From: Raillietiella orientalis
Taxonomy: Eukaryota
DNA length: 64,000 nt
Direction of reading: 5' to 3'
NCBI GenBank assembly: GCA_036172245.1
Contig: JAYWIR010000002.1
Coordinates: 2,976,001 to 3,040,000 of the forward strand
Positions within the stretch are counted from its first letter, which is position 1. Every line of letters begins with the position of its first letter. Below, piece after piece: positions 49,901 to 60,169 of the stretch. A program made the position numbers and the translations under genes. The notes beneath the pieces are model-generated. The model did no database searches. It saw only the letters and a program-made list of their open reading frames with translations, and had not been told where the DNA came from.

Positions 49901-52900
49901 GGCGGAAAAGGAGGATGGCGGTAAGAGCCCTCTGAGACAACAGAAACGGGCCGGGCCCCAAAAGTGGGCACCTTAGTCGAGAAGGGGAAGGGGAGAGGAG
50001 GAAGAGAAAAAAAAATGCGCACGGCACACAACGGCCCCAGCCCTCTTCTCCGTGGAGACACGACAGGCAGGGCGCCCTAGCGGTTCCATCCCTGGAGGAG
50101 GGAGCCAGGAGCATCTTTTCTCGTTGCCCCCGCCCGAGAGACCCCTGCGGCTGGTGACCTTCAGCGGATGAGCCCTGACAGTTCCGGGTCGGCAGGAACT
50201 CCCGGCGCAAAGTTCCATCCAGAACGCGAAAGAGTCCTCTAGAAAGAGGATGCGCATCAAGTCCGAAGAACCTAGCGGAACACTTCGCCCCCTCCAGCCC
50301 ATGCACGACTTCCTTGCGCGAGGATGGTCCTCCGCAGATGTCCGAAGGCACTATCGCCTCCGGGACCCCGTCCGCGTCCCCGCTTCACCAGCCCGAGATG
50401 GTGACCTCTCCCAGTCCGAAGCAGGCCTGCTCGCCCCGAACCGCGAAAACCGGCCGTCCGAGGCCGTAGGCAGCCGCGCAAGCGCGAGCGGCAGTGTGTA
50501 CGTGGTGTCAGACTCGGGGACTGGAGAGGAAGGCGGGAGAGCACCGGCCAGCAAAGTGATGCAACCCCACCCACCCAGTTGCAGTGGGGAGACTGCTCGG
50601 AGGTGCAGCCAGGGGACCTCGAGCCGGGGACGTCAGCGAAGCAGGAGCCGCGCCGGATACGGAAACAAGGAAGGAGGGAATAGGGGACGCCGGCATGCTG
50701 CCTACCCCCTCGATGTGTCAGCACCAGGTGCCGCGGAAGTCCTCCCGGACGCTCCCAAGGTGGGGCGCACGGTGAAGGCGCTCTCGCTCGCTTCCTCGGC
50801 ATGGCATCGGGCAGCAGCAGCAGTGGCAAAGGGACGCCTCGAACAGCGCCTCCCTTGCGAGTTACCACAGCAACGAGGGGAAAGGGAGGGGGAGGGGGAA
50901 TTTCGCTGCTACCAGAACACCGAGCGGCACGAAGGCCAAAAGAAGAAGAGAAAGAGAACAATGAGAGAGGGGACCAGGGAGGAGCGCGCGTGCGGCGTCG
51001 ACGTTCTCCTCGCGTCGCCGGGGCAACGGGCAAGCAAGCATTCGGCGAGACGCTGCACTCCGCGGCGCCAGTTTCGCTTTGAGCGGAATGAAGACGGAGG
51101 AAGAGACGTTTCGAAAGCAGGGGGCAGAGTCCGGGACGATTAGGGCCCCATAAATCACGGGAACGTAAACAAATTGACAGACGCTGATAACTCTTGCAGC
51201 GTTCCTCTTCACCTCGCCTTCCTGGGTTTGGCTCTTCTTTTGTCTGCTTCCCCCCCCCCCCTTTCCTTCCTCCTGCACGTGGTGAATCAGGCGGTGCCAA
51301 AAAAAAAAAAACGGAAAAAATGGCAGCATGCTAGTCCCAATTTGTCGCGGACGGACGGAGTCAGAGGCAGGCCTGAAGGGCGTTTCCCCTCCTCCTCCCC
51401 TTCATCTTCTTCCGTGGGGGAGGAGGCAGTTCTTCCTCCCTCCCCCCCGTTCTAGTCCGCGCCGGACGCAGCTGTGTCTCAGAGGTATCGAAAAGCCCGG
51501 GTCACCACTGTCGCCACCCGCACCGCGATCATCGCCCAGGTCTGTGACCACTCCGCGGAGAGGAACCGCAGGACGTCAGCGGCCGTTCCCGGCGAGGGAC
51601 ACGCGCGAAAAGGGGAAGAAGGGGGAGGACGCGCTTTTCCCCGAACCGAATCGGGGGAAAACAGCGACCGCGATTAGACGGCGACGGGAGACAGGGGAGC
51701 GCGGCGTAGGCCGGAGGGAGGCCCTGCCTCCGCCATGAGGGGCGAAGGGTGGGAGCGTGCGCGCGCATTCCTTTCCTCCGAGCGGCAGGGACAAAGAAGC
51801 GCGCGCTTCAGGAGGAAGGTGGACGAGGGGTCATGAAGCACCGCCGGACGGGGCGCGCTGACCGAGGGAGGGCTGAAGGGGTGCTGCGGCTCAGAATGAC
51901 GAAGAGCTCGCCAAGGGGGAAGGGCGAGGGCAACACCCACCGCACGCCACGAACACAAACAGGGGCGTTTCGTCTCGAAGGGGAGGGGAGGAAGACGCGT
52001 GACGTCACCGAGAGGTGGGAGAACTCGCTTGGGGCTCCGCGGAAAGAGAGCGCCGAGCACCCCCGGAGAGAAGGAGATGCCTGCCGGAGTCCGAGCAGGA
52101 CGCAAAGCGCCCCCCTTGCGTTCCTCGCCGCCTCTGCGCCAGAAAGTTTCCTCGGGGACCAGGAGGGAGGCGCACCCCGCGAGACGAAAGGTGCCAGCAG
52201 CTCTGCATCCTGGGAGAAGAGGGGGTACCATACCATCGTCGTCGCTCCAGGGACAGTTTGCGTGGGGGAAGAGGAGGGACAGCGCTTTCCGGGCGTTCGC
52301 GACGCGAGCCCGCCGGAGGGAAGCAGTCGAGACGAACGCCGAACCAGGAAGATAGCCGGAGGCGGAGGCTGCAGCGGTACAGCAGCGGACGCGCTTCCCG
52401 ACGGTCGGTGGCATCTAAAAATAAACGCTGGGGTTCCGGGACACGAGGGGCGGAAACGGAAGGAGGGCAAAAGGAAGGAAGGAGGAGGCCGGAGGGAATC
52501 TCCCGAAGGGCGCTCCCGGCTGCTCTCCCGCCCTTCCGGTCGCGGCGGCGGCGGCTTCTGCGGGCGAGGAGGACATGGGAGTCCTCCCTCTCCCTTCCCC
52601 GACGCGAAGCCCGCAAGGGGAATTTCCTGCCAGGGTTTTTCCCCCCTTCCTCGCCGAGAAGGAGCGGGCGAGCGCTCGCGGGCGGCGGCGGCAGCCACCG
52701 CTGGAGGAGGAGGAGCTGCTGCCGAAACCGGCGCGGGGAACGCACGGGGAAAGAAGCCCTGGGCATCGGGAAGCTGCTGCTGCTTCCAGGATTTCCAGAA
52801 TATTCTTCCCCCTCCCCCCGTTAACGGCGAATTTATGGGCGAGAGGGGAAAGGCGGAAGCGGAGCACTTCTGGAGCCGCTGGAGCCGTAAAAGGCAGCGC

Positions 52901-55900
52901 GTAGACGAGGTCGTAAAGCGGATAGGAGGAGGAGAGCGCAGGATCCGTCGGACCTGCCGATGCACCGCGGTCCTCCTCGCAGAATCGGAGGGAGGAAAAG
53001 CGCCGTCGCCGCCGCCTCCCGCTCGCGCACGAAAGGGGAGCAGAGATCCCGTGAAGAAATCCCCTTCTCTCCCCTTCCCCTCCCTTCGACCCCACACACC
53101 CTCGCCGCATTCGTCGCCACCCCACTCACCCCACCACCCGGTCGCGCGAGGGGAGTGGCACCCCTGCGGCGACAGGAAGGGCGCGGCTGGACTCACCCGA
53201 TCTGGTTGGAGATGAGGACCGGGTCGATCCGGTAGGCGTCCTCGCCGATGTTGGCGAACTGCATGTCCTTCGGCCCGTGGGTCAGCCCTGCTGCGTTCCC
53301 GCACAGCCAGACGCTCTCAGGGTTGGAGAAATCTGGAAGCGGTCCAGGAATAAGAATCGCCCCCTGGCATCCCGGCGCCGAGACAGAGGAGCAATCGAGG
53401 AAGGGGAACGCCCTGGGGGACATCCTTAGCAAGATACCCCTCGCCGCTCTCTTCCTGGCATCAGAAGCGGCAATCCCTGCCCTCATCCCGCGGACTGAAA
53501 AGACGGCGAGGAGAAGGGGAGGGGAGGGGGAGGGGCAAAAGCACCAGAAACTACTCTCCTCGAGGCAGGTTCGAGCTGGGGAGACGAGGAGGAGAGACGC
53601 CACAACACCCTCCACGAAGAGCGAAGGAGAGAGAATCCACCCCCCCCCCCCTTCACTCCTCCTCACCTCGGGATGAGGGGGGAAACGAAGGGGACGCGTT
53701 CCCCCCGCGTGCACGTCCCAAAGTAAGAAAAGAGAGGCCCAAGCCGTCGTCGACTAAGGGGTGGGGAAGAAGGGCAGCAGCGCGAGCCCGATCAGAAACT
53801 CAGCAATGGGAGCAGGAGGAAAAGGGGGCAGAAGTCAAGAGGGGGGCGGGGTGGGGGCAGAGGAGTCGCCCCCATGGGGTGCATTCCGGGAGACGACTCC
53901 CCCACTACCGCCGCAATCGGCGTGCGCCGTACGCTCACAAAGGGCCGCGAGAAAACAGGGTAAGTCAGAAAGACGGGAGATGAGGGGGAGGACCGCTCGC
54001 TGGCCCCGGCGGGCACGGGAAACGGTGGCACGCGTTCGCGTCCCCGAACGGGGCTCCTCCACACTCGGGCGATGGGAGCGTGAGCGGCAGGCCAGGAAGC
54101 AGGGAGGCAGACGGCGCAGGTGGGCAAAAGAGAGGTTCCCGAGGGGACCACGAGGTTCGCCGGAAGGCACGAAAGCATCAGAGATGACCGAAGGGTCATC
54201 CGTTCCAGCTCGAGTGACGGAATGCGATGCCGATCCAAGGACGGTGGAAGGAAAGGGAGGGCAGGAGGAGGGATTCCCATTTTCCGGGGAGGCGATCCCG
54301 AGGTCCATCTCAGCTTCCGATCTCCCGTACGACGGCGACACATCTTCCCACCACGTTTTTACAGCCATCGCCACCACCCAGAGGTCCGGCGCCGGAAGTC
54401 CCGCTCGCGAGCAGCAGCCGGCAGAGGGAGCTCGGGATGCGCAGACGTCCCGCCGGGTCAGAGACGGCGACGACTAGGGGCGCGGGAAAGGTCGCGCGCT
54501 CCGGGGAGGAGAAGCCCCCCGTCCGCCCCGCGGAGGGCATCCCGCGAGCAGATCATCTGGCGAGAGGAGGACGAAGGAGGCGCCCCCAGATCCACACCGG
54601 AGAGCATAGTGCTGGCAACGGCGGCCCATCCGGGTGCTGCTCGCCCCGGGACAGCGGCGCCTCGGAGGAGGGAGCACCACCAGGAGAATCAGGCAGGCGC
54701 TCTCCGGTGCGCGGTGTCATCGATGCTTCCCTTCTCCCTCCCCTTCTCCTCCCTGTCCACCCCTCTGAGGCACCATCAGGATCCAGGGGCGATCGCGTTC
54801 ATCACAGCCCCTCCCCCCTTCCCAGCTTTCAGCGGGTGGTTGAACGGGAGCTCTTCCGCTTCTCCCATTTGCAGAGGCGCCTTGCGGCGCGCACGTCCCC
54901 GCCTCCAAACCGCGCAGTCATGGCAACACGGAGCGCAGGAGATGTGAGGACAGCGCCAAGGGGAGGCAAAAGAGAGGGAGAAATCGCAGCCGCATGACTG
55001 CAACGCAAGAGGGACCCTCAGGCGACGCGTGAGCGCGCGCGGAGGGGGAGCGGAAGAGGGGGGGAGGCGGACTCTGGATCCACGCCGCGCCCCCGAAATC
55101 GGGTAATTTCCGAGCCCCCGCACCGCCTATCTCGAACGCCCGGAATGGAAGGGGCCGCACCCCTGGGCGCGCGCACAGTCGCCGGAGCGCTTTGCCTCCG
55201 AGGGGCGCTGACGGCAGAAGCCACTGCTGCCGCCGCTACACGTCAACACAAAAAAGATCAGGCCGCCGAGGACGCCCGTGGCTATCCGCAGGGAGGGGGT
55301 CCCGCCCTTCGGGTTCAACGGCCACTCAGGAAGGTAAGGGCATCGTGGCCCGATTCAGGGACCCGCGCCGCAGAGTCGGCAAAGGGAACCGCCGGCACCA
55401 TCAGGCTCCCGGGGGCGACCGCGTTCGTCACCGCTTCCCAGCTTGCAGAAGGTGGGTGAACGAAGGGCCTCTTAAATCCGCTCTCTTCCCAATTCCACGG
55501 GCTACGGGAAAGGGGAGGGGGAGGCGGGGGTCGCCTACGAAGAAGAGGCGGGGAAGGGGTGCGTCGATTTGCGGACTGCTGCTCCGAGAGATCGACCCCC
55601 CCCCCCCCGCTGCTGCCGAGCCGACAGTTTCCCAGAGAAAGGAGACACTCCGGGGAACGAAATCACGTGATCCATCCTCGCCGGCTGCTCCTCCGCGCGT
55701 GGGGAAATCGAATGGCGACGTAACGGGGGAGGCGGGTTCAGTCCAGCGAGAGCTCCCGAAAGATGGCGCGCGGGAGGGAACTGCCTGGATGGCTCCATTT
55801 CAAGTAGCAGCGTGCGCCGCCCTTGGCGCGCGCTTCCCTCGAACGCAGAAGGAGAGTGCCGCGCGGGACGCCGCGGCGCCTTTGGAGAAGCGTTCGCAGC

Positions 55901-58900
55901 TCCTGCGAACCTTTTCGAACGGGCGGGCAAATCCCGTGGGAACCGATTAGGAAAGAGACCGAAACTGGGCTTGTGCTCCGCTGACTTCTGGGGGGACACC
56001 CACGACCCTGCACCACAAATCCGGAGAGGAGATTAAGGGCCCCGGCCGGTCCTCAGTACCCCAGCAAATCAGCAGCAGTCCTCTGGCGGAGAAAGGCGAG
56101 AGAGCCCCTTGTGCGCAGACTAAGAGCCGTTCGGACCGCACAACAAGGGCGGGGATGAAGGGGGAGCCAATGCTGGAGGAGCGGGTCGCGCTGGGCAGAT
56201 GTCAGACAAGCTGCGAGTCAACGGAGCCGCGCGGAGACCACCAGAAGTGAGCAAGGTCACGAAACCGGAAACGCGGCGACGCGTGACGAGTCCTTCTGTT
56301 TTCCTTCCTCCCTCCCCCCTGTCCCTCTCTCTCTCCCCTAGCCTGTTCCGGAGGTGTTCCCGATTCGCCTGCCGCGAACACCGTCTTTGAGCTCGTTGCT
56401 CGTTCCTCGGGTCACTCCTCCCTGGATCCGTCCCACGAGGAAGAGTGGGCGAGAGAACACCGGATGCTGAAATTTAGCTTCGGAGGCCCCACGCCCTCTC
56501 TCCTCGCCCTAGGGGTCCACGCAGCGATGGGTGGAAGCCGCCACGGAAAGGGGCAGCGGTCGCGGAACCGCGCGTCCTGCTGGGAGTGCTGCCGCGTTTG
56601 GGAAGATGCGCTGAAGGCGAAAGAGGAGGAGGAGGGAGACAAGCGGACACACCCCGCACCATTCAACCCCCCCCCCCCACACACACACACACACACACAA
56701 ACCCAGGGGGCGGCGGCAGCAGCCAGTGTGACTCCGGAGTCCACTCGCAGACCTTCCCTGCGCGGGCCGCACCAAACCTGACCCCGCTGGAGGCGAAGCC
56801 ACTTGGGCCGAAGGCTATCTTCCGCTTTCGCTTCCCCCGCCACATGATCGTCTCCCTCCAGAGCGCGATGGGCTCCCCCAGCCACAGTAAAACGCGGCGC
56901 TCCCTGCCCTTCCAGGAAAGGGTTCCCATCCCAGTTCGAGGCAGGAGGAGGGAGCGCTTCGCAACGAGGGGTGGGTGGCAGTAAGGTGGGTAGCCACTCC
57001 TGGCCCGCTTCGGGCCGAAAGGCTCGCTCGTACACGAGGTCGCTGCTACCGGCAAACTCCAAGGAAAGGCTGCCGGAATGAGCGGGAAAAAGCGCCCGTG
57101 GCGGAACGACCGCATCCACGCCGCGCAGCAAGCATGTGATGGTGCAGCGGATGCGCGAGGACGTGCGTCCTCCTCCAGCATGTTTACACAAGCGAAAGAC
57201 AAACAAACAGAGGAGAGGGGAGATCCAACCCCGAGCGCCGCGGATCCGTTCTCCGCAGATACCAACACCGGATAAGACGGGAACAGACTGCTCCGAAAAG
57301 GATGAGAGCATCTTCTTAATTAGCAGGCCTGGGTACACATCTTCGATTTGCGCTAGGACTAAGCAGCGGATGATCGAACCGGGGACGAAAAGGGCGGGGA
57401 AATAACGCAAGGAGTATACTGAACAATGGGAGTACCAAAGCTCCTTCCCGAGCGCCCGACGTCGCAGGGGTGGATTACCGCTACTCCTCGCGCTGACGAT
57501 GATGACAAATGGAATCCCGACTGGATTAGGCTGCGTCCGGGAAGCGAGCAGGTTGCGCCGCCCGCCCCATCGCCGCGGCGCGTAGCAGAGCGCTCGAAGC
57601 GGTGGCACAGGTTCGGCGCCGCCTTTTGCATCAATCGGGAACACGGGACGGAAGAACAGCAGCGAACGAATCGCCAGGCGACGCTCCCGGAAAACGAAGA
57701 AGATTCGCGCAGCCTCCCGAAAGGGGCACCCCGCTCCGTGCTTCGTTCTGCACGAAGGCGGGGGACGGCGCCGAAATTCGCGGGAAAAGCAGGACGCGCG
57801 CAAGTTGCATCCGACGACGCGGCGGCTCGTGACACGCAACTGGCAGGGGTGCCAGCCCCAACGGAGCGGAGCCCCATCCACTTGATCTTTGTAACAAAAC
57901 AGATCTTGGGGGGATTTGTAAGAGGAAAAAAGGGCCGTGGCTGGATAATACGTGAGAGAAAAGATCGGGTGGAACCAGAAAGGTCAGTGCATCCTTTCCG
58001 ATCATCCTGACGATTACCACATGAAGCAGCCTATCCCCCTTCCCTCTCACTGAACGGCACGCGTCGATTCCTTTTTTAAAGGGCTCGCTCGCCCCGTGAG
58101 ATGGGTGAGTGCTTGGGTAGTAAGTAGCCCTTCAGCAAACGACCCATCGCGACCAATTTTCCGCCCTGATTCACCCAACTCCGGCACGGCATTCGCGAAC
58201 GCAACCTTTGGACGGACCACAAGAAACAGTGGGGAATCGCAGGCGAAATCGAACGAGAACCTTGAAGAAATCATCACAAGGCGTGGTGGCTTAAGCGTGA
58301 ATTACCCTTTCCGATGCAACCATCGATGTATCTGCTGATGACACCACTGATAACTCTTTATTATTTATTACTCTTTATTACTGGGAGGATGTTTTTGCGA
58401 CTGCATACCATTTCGACAGCGTTTTAGCTAACGATCTGAGAGAGGCAAGCGAACTCAAACGACGCCGACCAAAAAGGAAGCGCGTTTGCCCTTTTTGAAA
58501 GGTAAATAGGGAAGGCGCAAAGGCAAACCCAAATCCACACAAACTGCGGGGACGCAACGGGCAAACCAACGAGAAGCACGTCAAGCTGAATCCCAGCTTT
58601 GGTTAACGTATGTTGATTGCTTCCACCATTCGAGGAGGCTCCCCCTTTGAAATGAAAGGACCAACTTTTTAATAATCCACACGCACCTTGACATCCCCGA
58701 CGGCCTCGGGAAGCAAGGCCAACTCCGGGATGTAAACGCATAACGGGTGTTCCACGCAGGCACACGGGCAGCTGCACGGCCGCTGGACGCATCCGCACGC
58801 GACCGCGTTTACGCGTGAGCCGCCATAATGGCGCGAGCACAGCAACCGAATTTCCCTGCTCTCTTCCACCTGCTGGCGAACACTGCAAGTTCGTCCATCC

Positions 58901-60169
58901 AAAAAAGGCATTTGAAAAACGGGAAAAAAACATGTGCGGACTTTTCCTTCTTTCCTTCTTTTTTCGTTTTTTTTTCTTCTTCCCCCCCCTCTCGCCCCTC
59001 CTCGCACGTTTTCCCGAGCCCTCGCCTCCGAGATCACGGAGGACCCACTGACATCGCTCTGCATCCTCCTCCCCTTACGGCACGCCCGATTTCACACGCC
59101 GCTCCCGCCGTTCACAAATGTTTTCAGGATCTCCGGACATCATCGGCGCCGCGCCCACATCCACGATGTCGGCTCGGTCGGCTGCGTGAAGCGAGCGCGC
59201 GCGCGCGCGGGTGACCCGCCGGAAGCATCCGAAGACCGCGGGGCGAGGCACGCGCAAATCGGAGGCGGGACGGCTTCCTGAGAGGACAGCGCCCGGAGAA
59301 CCCGCCGAGGGCACGCCCCGGAGTTCCCACCTGCCTTTTTCCCGGGGATGGTAGTCGGGAGAGAAGCGCAGCCGGCAGCGCGCGGAAAGCCGGGAAAGGA
59401 AGGGGGGAGGGGAGGTCGCGCGTGCCCCTCTCTTCCCTCGTGCCCGCAGAGAACCAAGCACTAGGTCCCTCCCTTCCCTCACCCTTCGCTCTCGCCGCTT
59501 CCCCCTCCTCCCCGCGTGACTCCGAGATCTGCGCGCACTCTCTCGGCGCGTCCGCTCGCAAGGAACGCACGGACGGACGCCCCCCCTTTGCCGCGGGCGA
59601 TGGCGTTAGGAGCATCGCCAGATGCGCACGCGGGGGCGTTGCGTCCGCATCCACCCGGCCGGGGGCTGCTGCTCCCACAGCCTCCGGGAGGACGCAGCAG
59701 GGCGAAGCCCGACCCCCATCCTCTTCCGTTCAGGGAGAACCCGACCGGATCCGCCGTCCATCCCTCCGCACCTTTCCTCCCCGAAGTGCAGGAGCGTCCG
59801 CTCTCTTCCTGGAGCTGGGGTAACCGCGAGGGGCCTTCCCGGGTGAGTTTCGCAGGGCGTCGCGCGTCCGCCCGGCGGTCAGGGAGCGTTGAGCGCGAGG
59901 ATGAAAGGGAGGGGAGGAGTCGACAGCAAAGCGCCCCACCCCTCCTCCTCCTTCCCTCTTCCCGAGGGGAGCTCTCGCCGCTGAAAGCAAGTCAGGAGGT
60001 CACTCGCCTTGGCTGATGGGCGCAGCGCCGCAGGCGACCGGGTTGATGTAGTTGGCGTCGTAGTGGGATGCCTCCTCCTCTCCGACGTCCTGCTGGGGGC
60101 GCCACGCTTTCCCGGGATTCAGGTCGCGGAGCGACAGTCCACCGGTGGCGGCACTCGGGTCGGCGCGAT
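6916..60169 (-). CDS. Ten-a: Teneurin (Ten-a-like), multi-exon gene, 5'-incomplete; model join(60008-60169, 53197-53332, 48920-49236, 44303-44941, 32799-32993, 32509-32718, 29414-29599, 29184-29336, 25782-25989, 20883-21002, 20530-20821, 20070-20478, 15389-15638, 14963-15198, 14761-14918, 11740-12793, 8501-10729, 6916-7958)
   Basis: Teneurin domain order: RCSWK+TM, 8 EGF repeats, DNDxDxxxDC Cys-rich region, FN-plug ([29 protein letters not shown]), NHL, YD repeats, Rhs-like core, YPELADD. Manual splice assembly keeps frame across all 17 introns. The Ten-a rather than Ten-m call rests on my recollection of the motif [24 protein letters not shown]...TLQFQRSPF and needs a phylogeny to confirm. 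Confidence 0.95.
8501..10729 (-). CDS. Ten-a: Teneurin exon: YD-repeat shell and Rhs-associated core-like region
   Basis: Many YD-type repeats ([30 protein letters not shown]), then [12 protein letters not shown] and [11 protein letters not shown]. Acceptor ccctAG (10731-10730), donor G|GTAAG at 8500. Confidence 0.96.
11740..12793 (-). CDS. Ten-a: Teneurin exon: late NHL repeats and start of YD shell
   Basis: [58 protein letters not shown]. Acceptor gcAG at 12795-12794, donor G|GTGAGT at 11739. Confidence 0.95.
14761..14918 (-). CDS. Ten-a: Teneurin exon: NHL repeat
   Basis: [31 protein letters not shown]...LRLEK; donor AAG|GTGAGA at 14760. Confidence 0.92.
14963..15198 (-). CDS. Ten-a: Teneurin exon: NHL repeat
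   Basis: [20 protein letters not shown]...[31 protein letters not shown]; acceptor ttttttcAG at 15200-15199. Confidence 0.93.
15389..15638 (-). CDS. Ten-a: Teneurin exon: end of FN-plug and first NHL repeat
   Basis: GILQKGDGS...[16 protein letters not shown]...[19 protein letters not shown]; acceptor cctAG, donor AG|GTGGGT. Confidence 0.94.
20070..20478 (-). CDS. Ten-a: Teneurin exon: FN-plug
   Basis: [19 protein letters not shown]...[14 protein letters not shown]...[13 protein letters not shown]; donor G|GTAGCG at 20069. Confidence 0.95.
20530..20821 (-). CDS. Ten-a: Teneurin exon: Ig/TTR-like region before FN-plug
   Basis: [20 protein letters not shown]...[10 protein letters not shown]...CSRHDY...FTENQ; flanked by AG and GT sites in consistent phase. 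Confidence 0.93.
20883..21002 (-). CDS. Ten-a: Teneurin exon: start of Ig/TTR-like region
   Basis: [39 protein letters not shown](W); acceptor gttttAG, donor TG|GTACGC. Confidence 0.94.
22814..22853. repeat. Imperfect (CAA)n microsatellite
   Basis: Directly visible aacaacaacaacgacaacaacaacagcaacaacaac tract. Confidence 0.9.
25782..25989 (-). CDS. Ten-a: Teneurin exon: Cys-rich region
   Basis: [17 protein letters not shown]...[34 protein letters not shown]; acceptor ttgcAG, donor AG|GTAGGT. Confidence 0.95.
27163..27240. repeat. Tandem duplication, 2 x 39 bp
   Basis: ggggtcaaccatgggcgcatagcttcacacggaagtcag followed by ggggtcaaccatgggcacatggcttcacacggaggtcag (3 mismatches). Confidence 0.9.
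27281..27552. repeat. 30-bp direct repeat pair (27281-27310 and 27523-27552)
   Basis: cgccattcctcgaacacggaggtt(g/a)gcgag occurs twice with 1 mismatch, separated by 212 bp. Confidence 0.85.
29184..29336 (-). CDS. Ten-a: Teneurin exon: EGF8 and start of Cys-rich region
   Basis: [50 protein letters not shown]; donor G|GTAAG. Absent from the ORF track in this frame; read directly from the sequence. Confidence 0.94.
29414..29599 (-). CDS. Ten-a: Teneurin exon: EGF6-7
   Basis: [61 protein letters not shown]; donor G|GTAAG. Confidence 0.96.
32509..32718 (-). CDS. Ten-a: Teneurin exon: EGF4-5
   Basis: [29 protein letters not shown]...[34 protein letters not shown]5 has Tyr in place of the third Cys, a teneurin hallmark. 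Confidence 0.96.
32799..32993 (-). CDS. Ten-a: Teneurin exon: EGF2-3
   Basis: [67 protein letters not shown]2 has Tyr for the third Cys. Acceptor ctttcAG, donor G|GTACG. Confidence 0.95.
38439..38489. repeat. (GAA)n/(GGA)n microsatellite followed by a poly(A) tract
   Basis: Directly visible in the sequence. Confidence 0.85.
44303..44941 (-). CDS. Ten-a: Teneurin exon: membrane-proximal Ig-like linker with furin motifs and EGF1 (may contain a 108-nt in-frame intron)
   Basis: GYWNSE...[26 protein letters not shown]...[11 protein letters not shown]...[29 protein letters not shown]; acceptor gtttcAG, donor A|GTAAG. Confidence 0.92.
48920..49236 (-). CDS. Ten-a: Teneurin exon: juxtamembrane intracellular region and type II transmembrane helix
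   Basis: ...[35 protein letters not shown] directly before a hydrophobic helix is typical of teneurins. Acceptor tctttctttcAG, donor G|GTGAGT. Confidence 0.88.
53197..53332 (-). CDS. Probable teneurin intracellular-domain exon
   Basis: (D)[44 protein letters not shown](G). Coding-like codon use; strong donor GG|GTGAGT in phase 2 matches the next acceptor; acceptor cttccAG. No homology recognised. Confidence 0.62.
60008..60169 (-). CDS. Possible teneurin intracellular-domain exon (5'-most found)
   Basis: [53 protein letters not shown]. Pyrimidine tract plus cagcAG acceptor; donor AAG|GCGAGT (GC type) in phase 1 matches the next exon. Splice-signal evidence only. Confidence 0.5.

Noticed and set aside
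45026..57881. Long low-complexity ORFs (444, 457, 488, 498 and 489 aa)
   Set aside because: Arg/Pro/Gly/Ser-rich translations are expected from GC-rich stop-poor DNA. No motifs, and they overlap in several frames.
6916..60169. Teneurin pseudogene, suggested by fragmented ORFs
   Set aside because: Every break is explained by an intron in the correct phase, and I saw no internal stop in the spliced frame.
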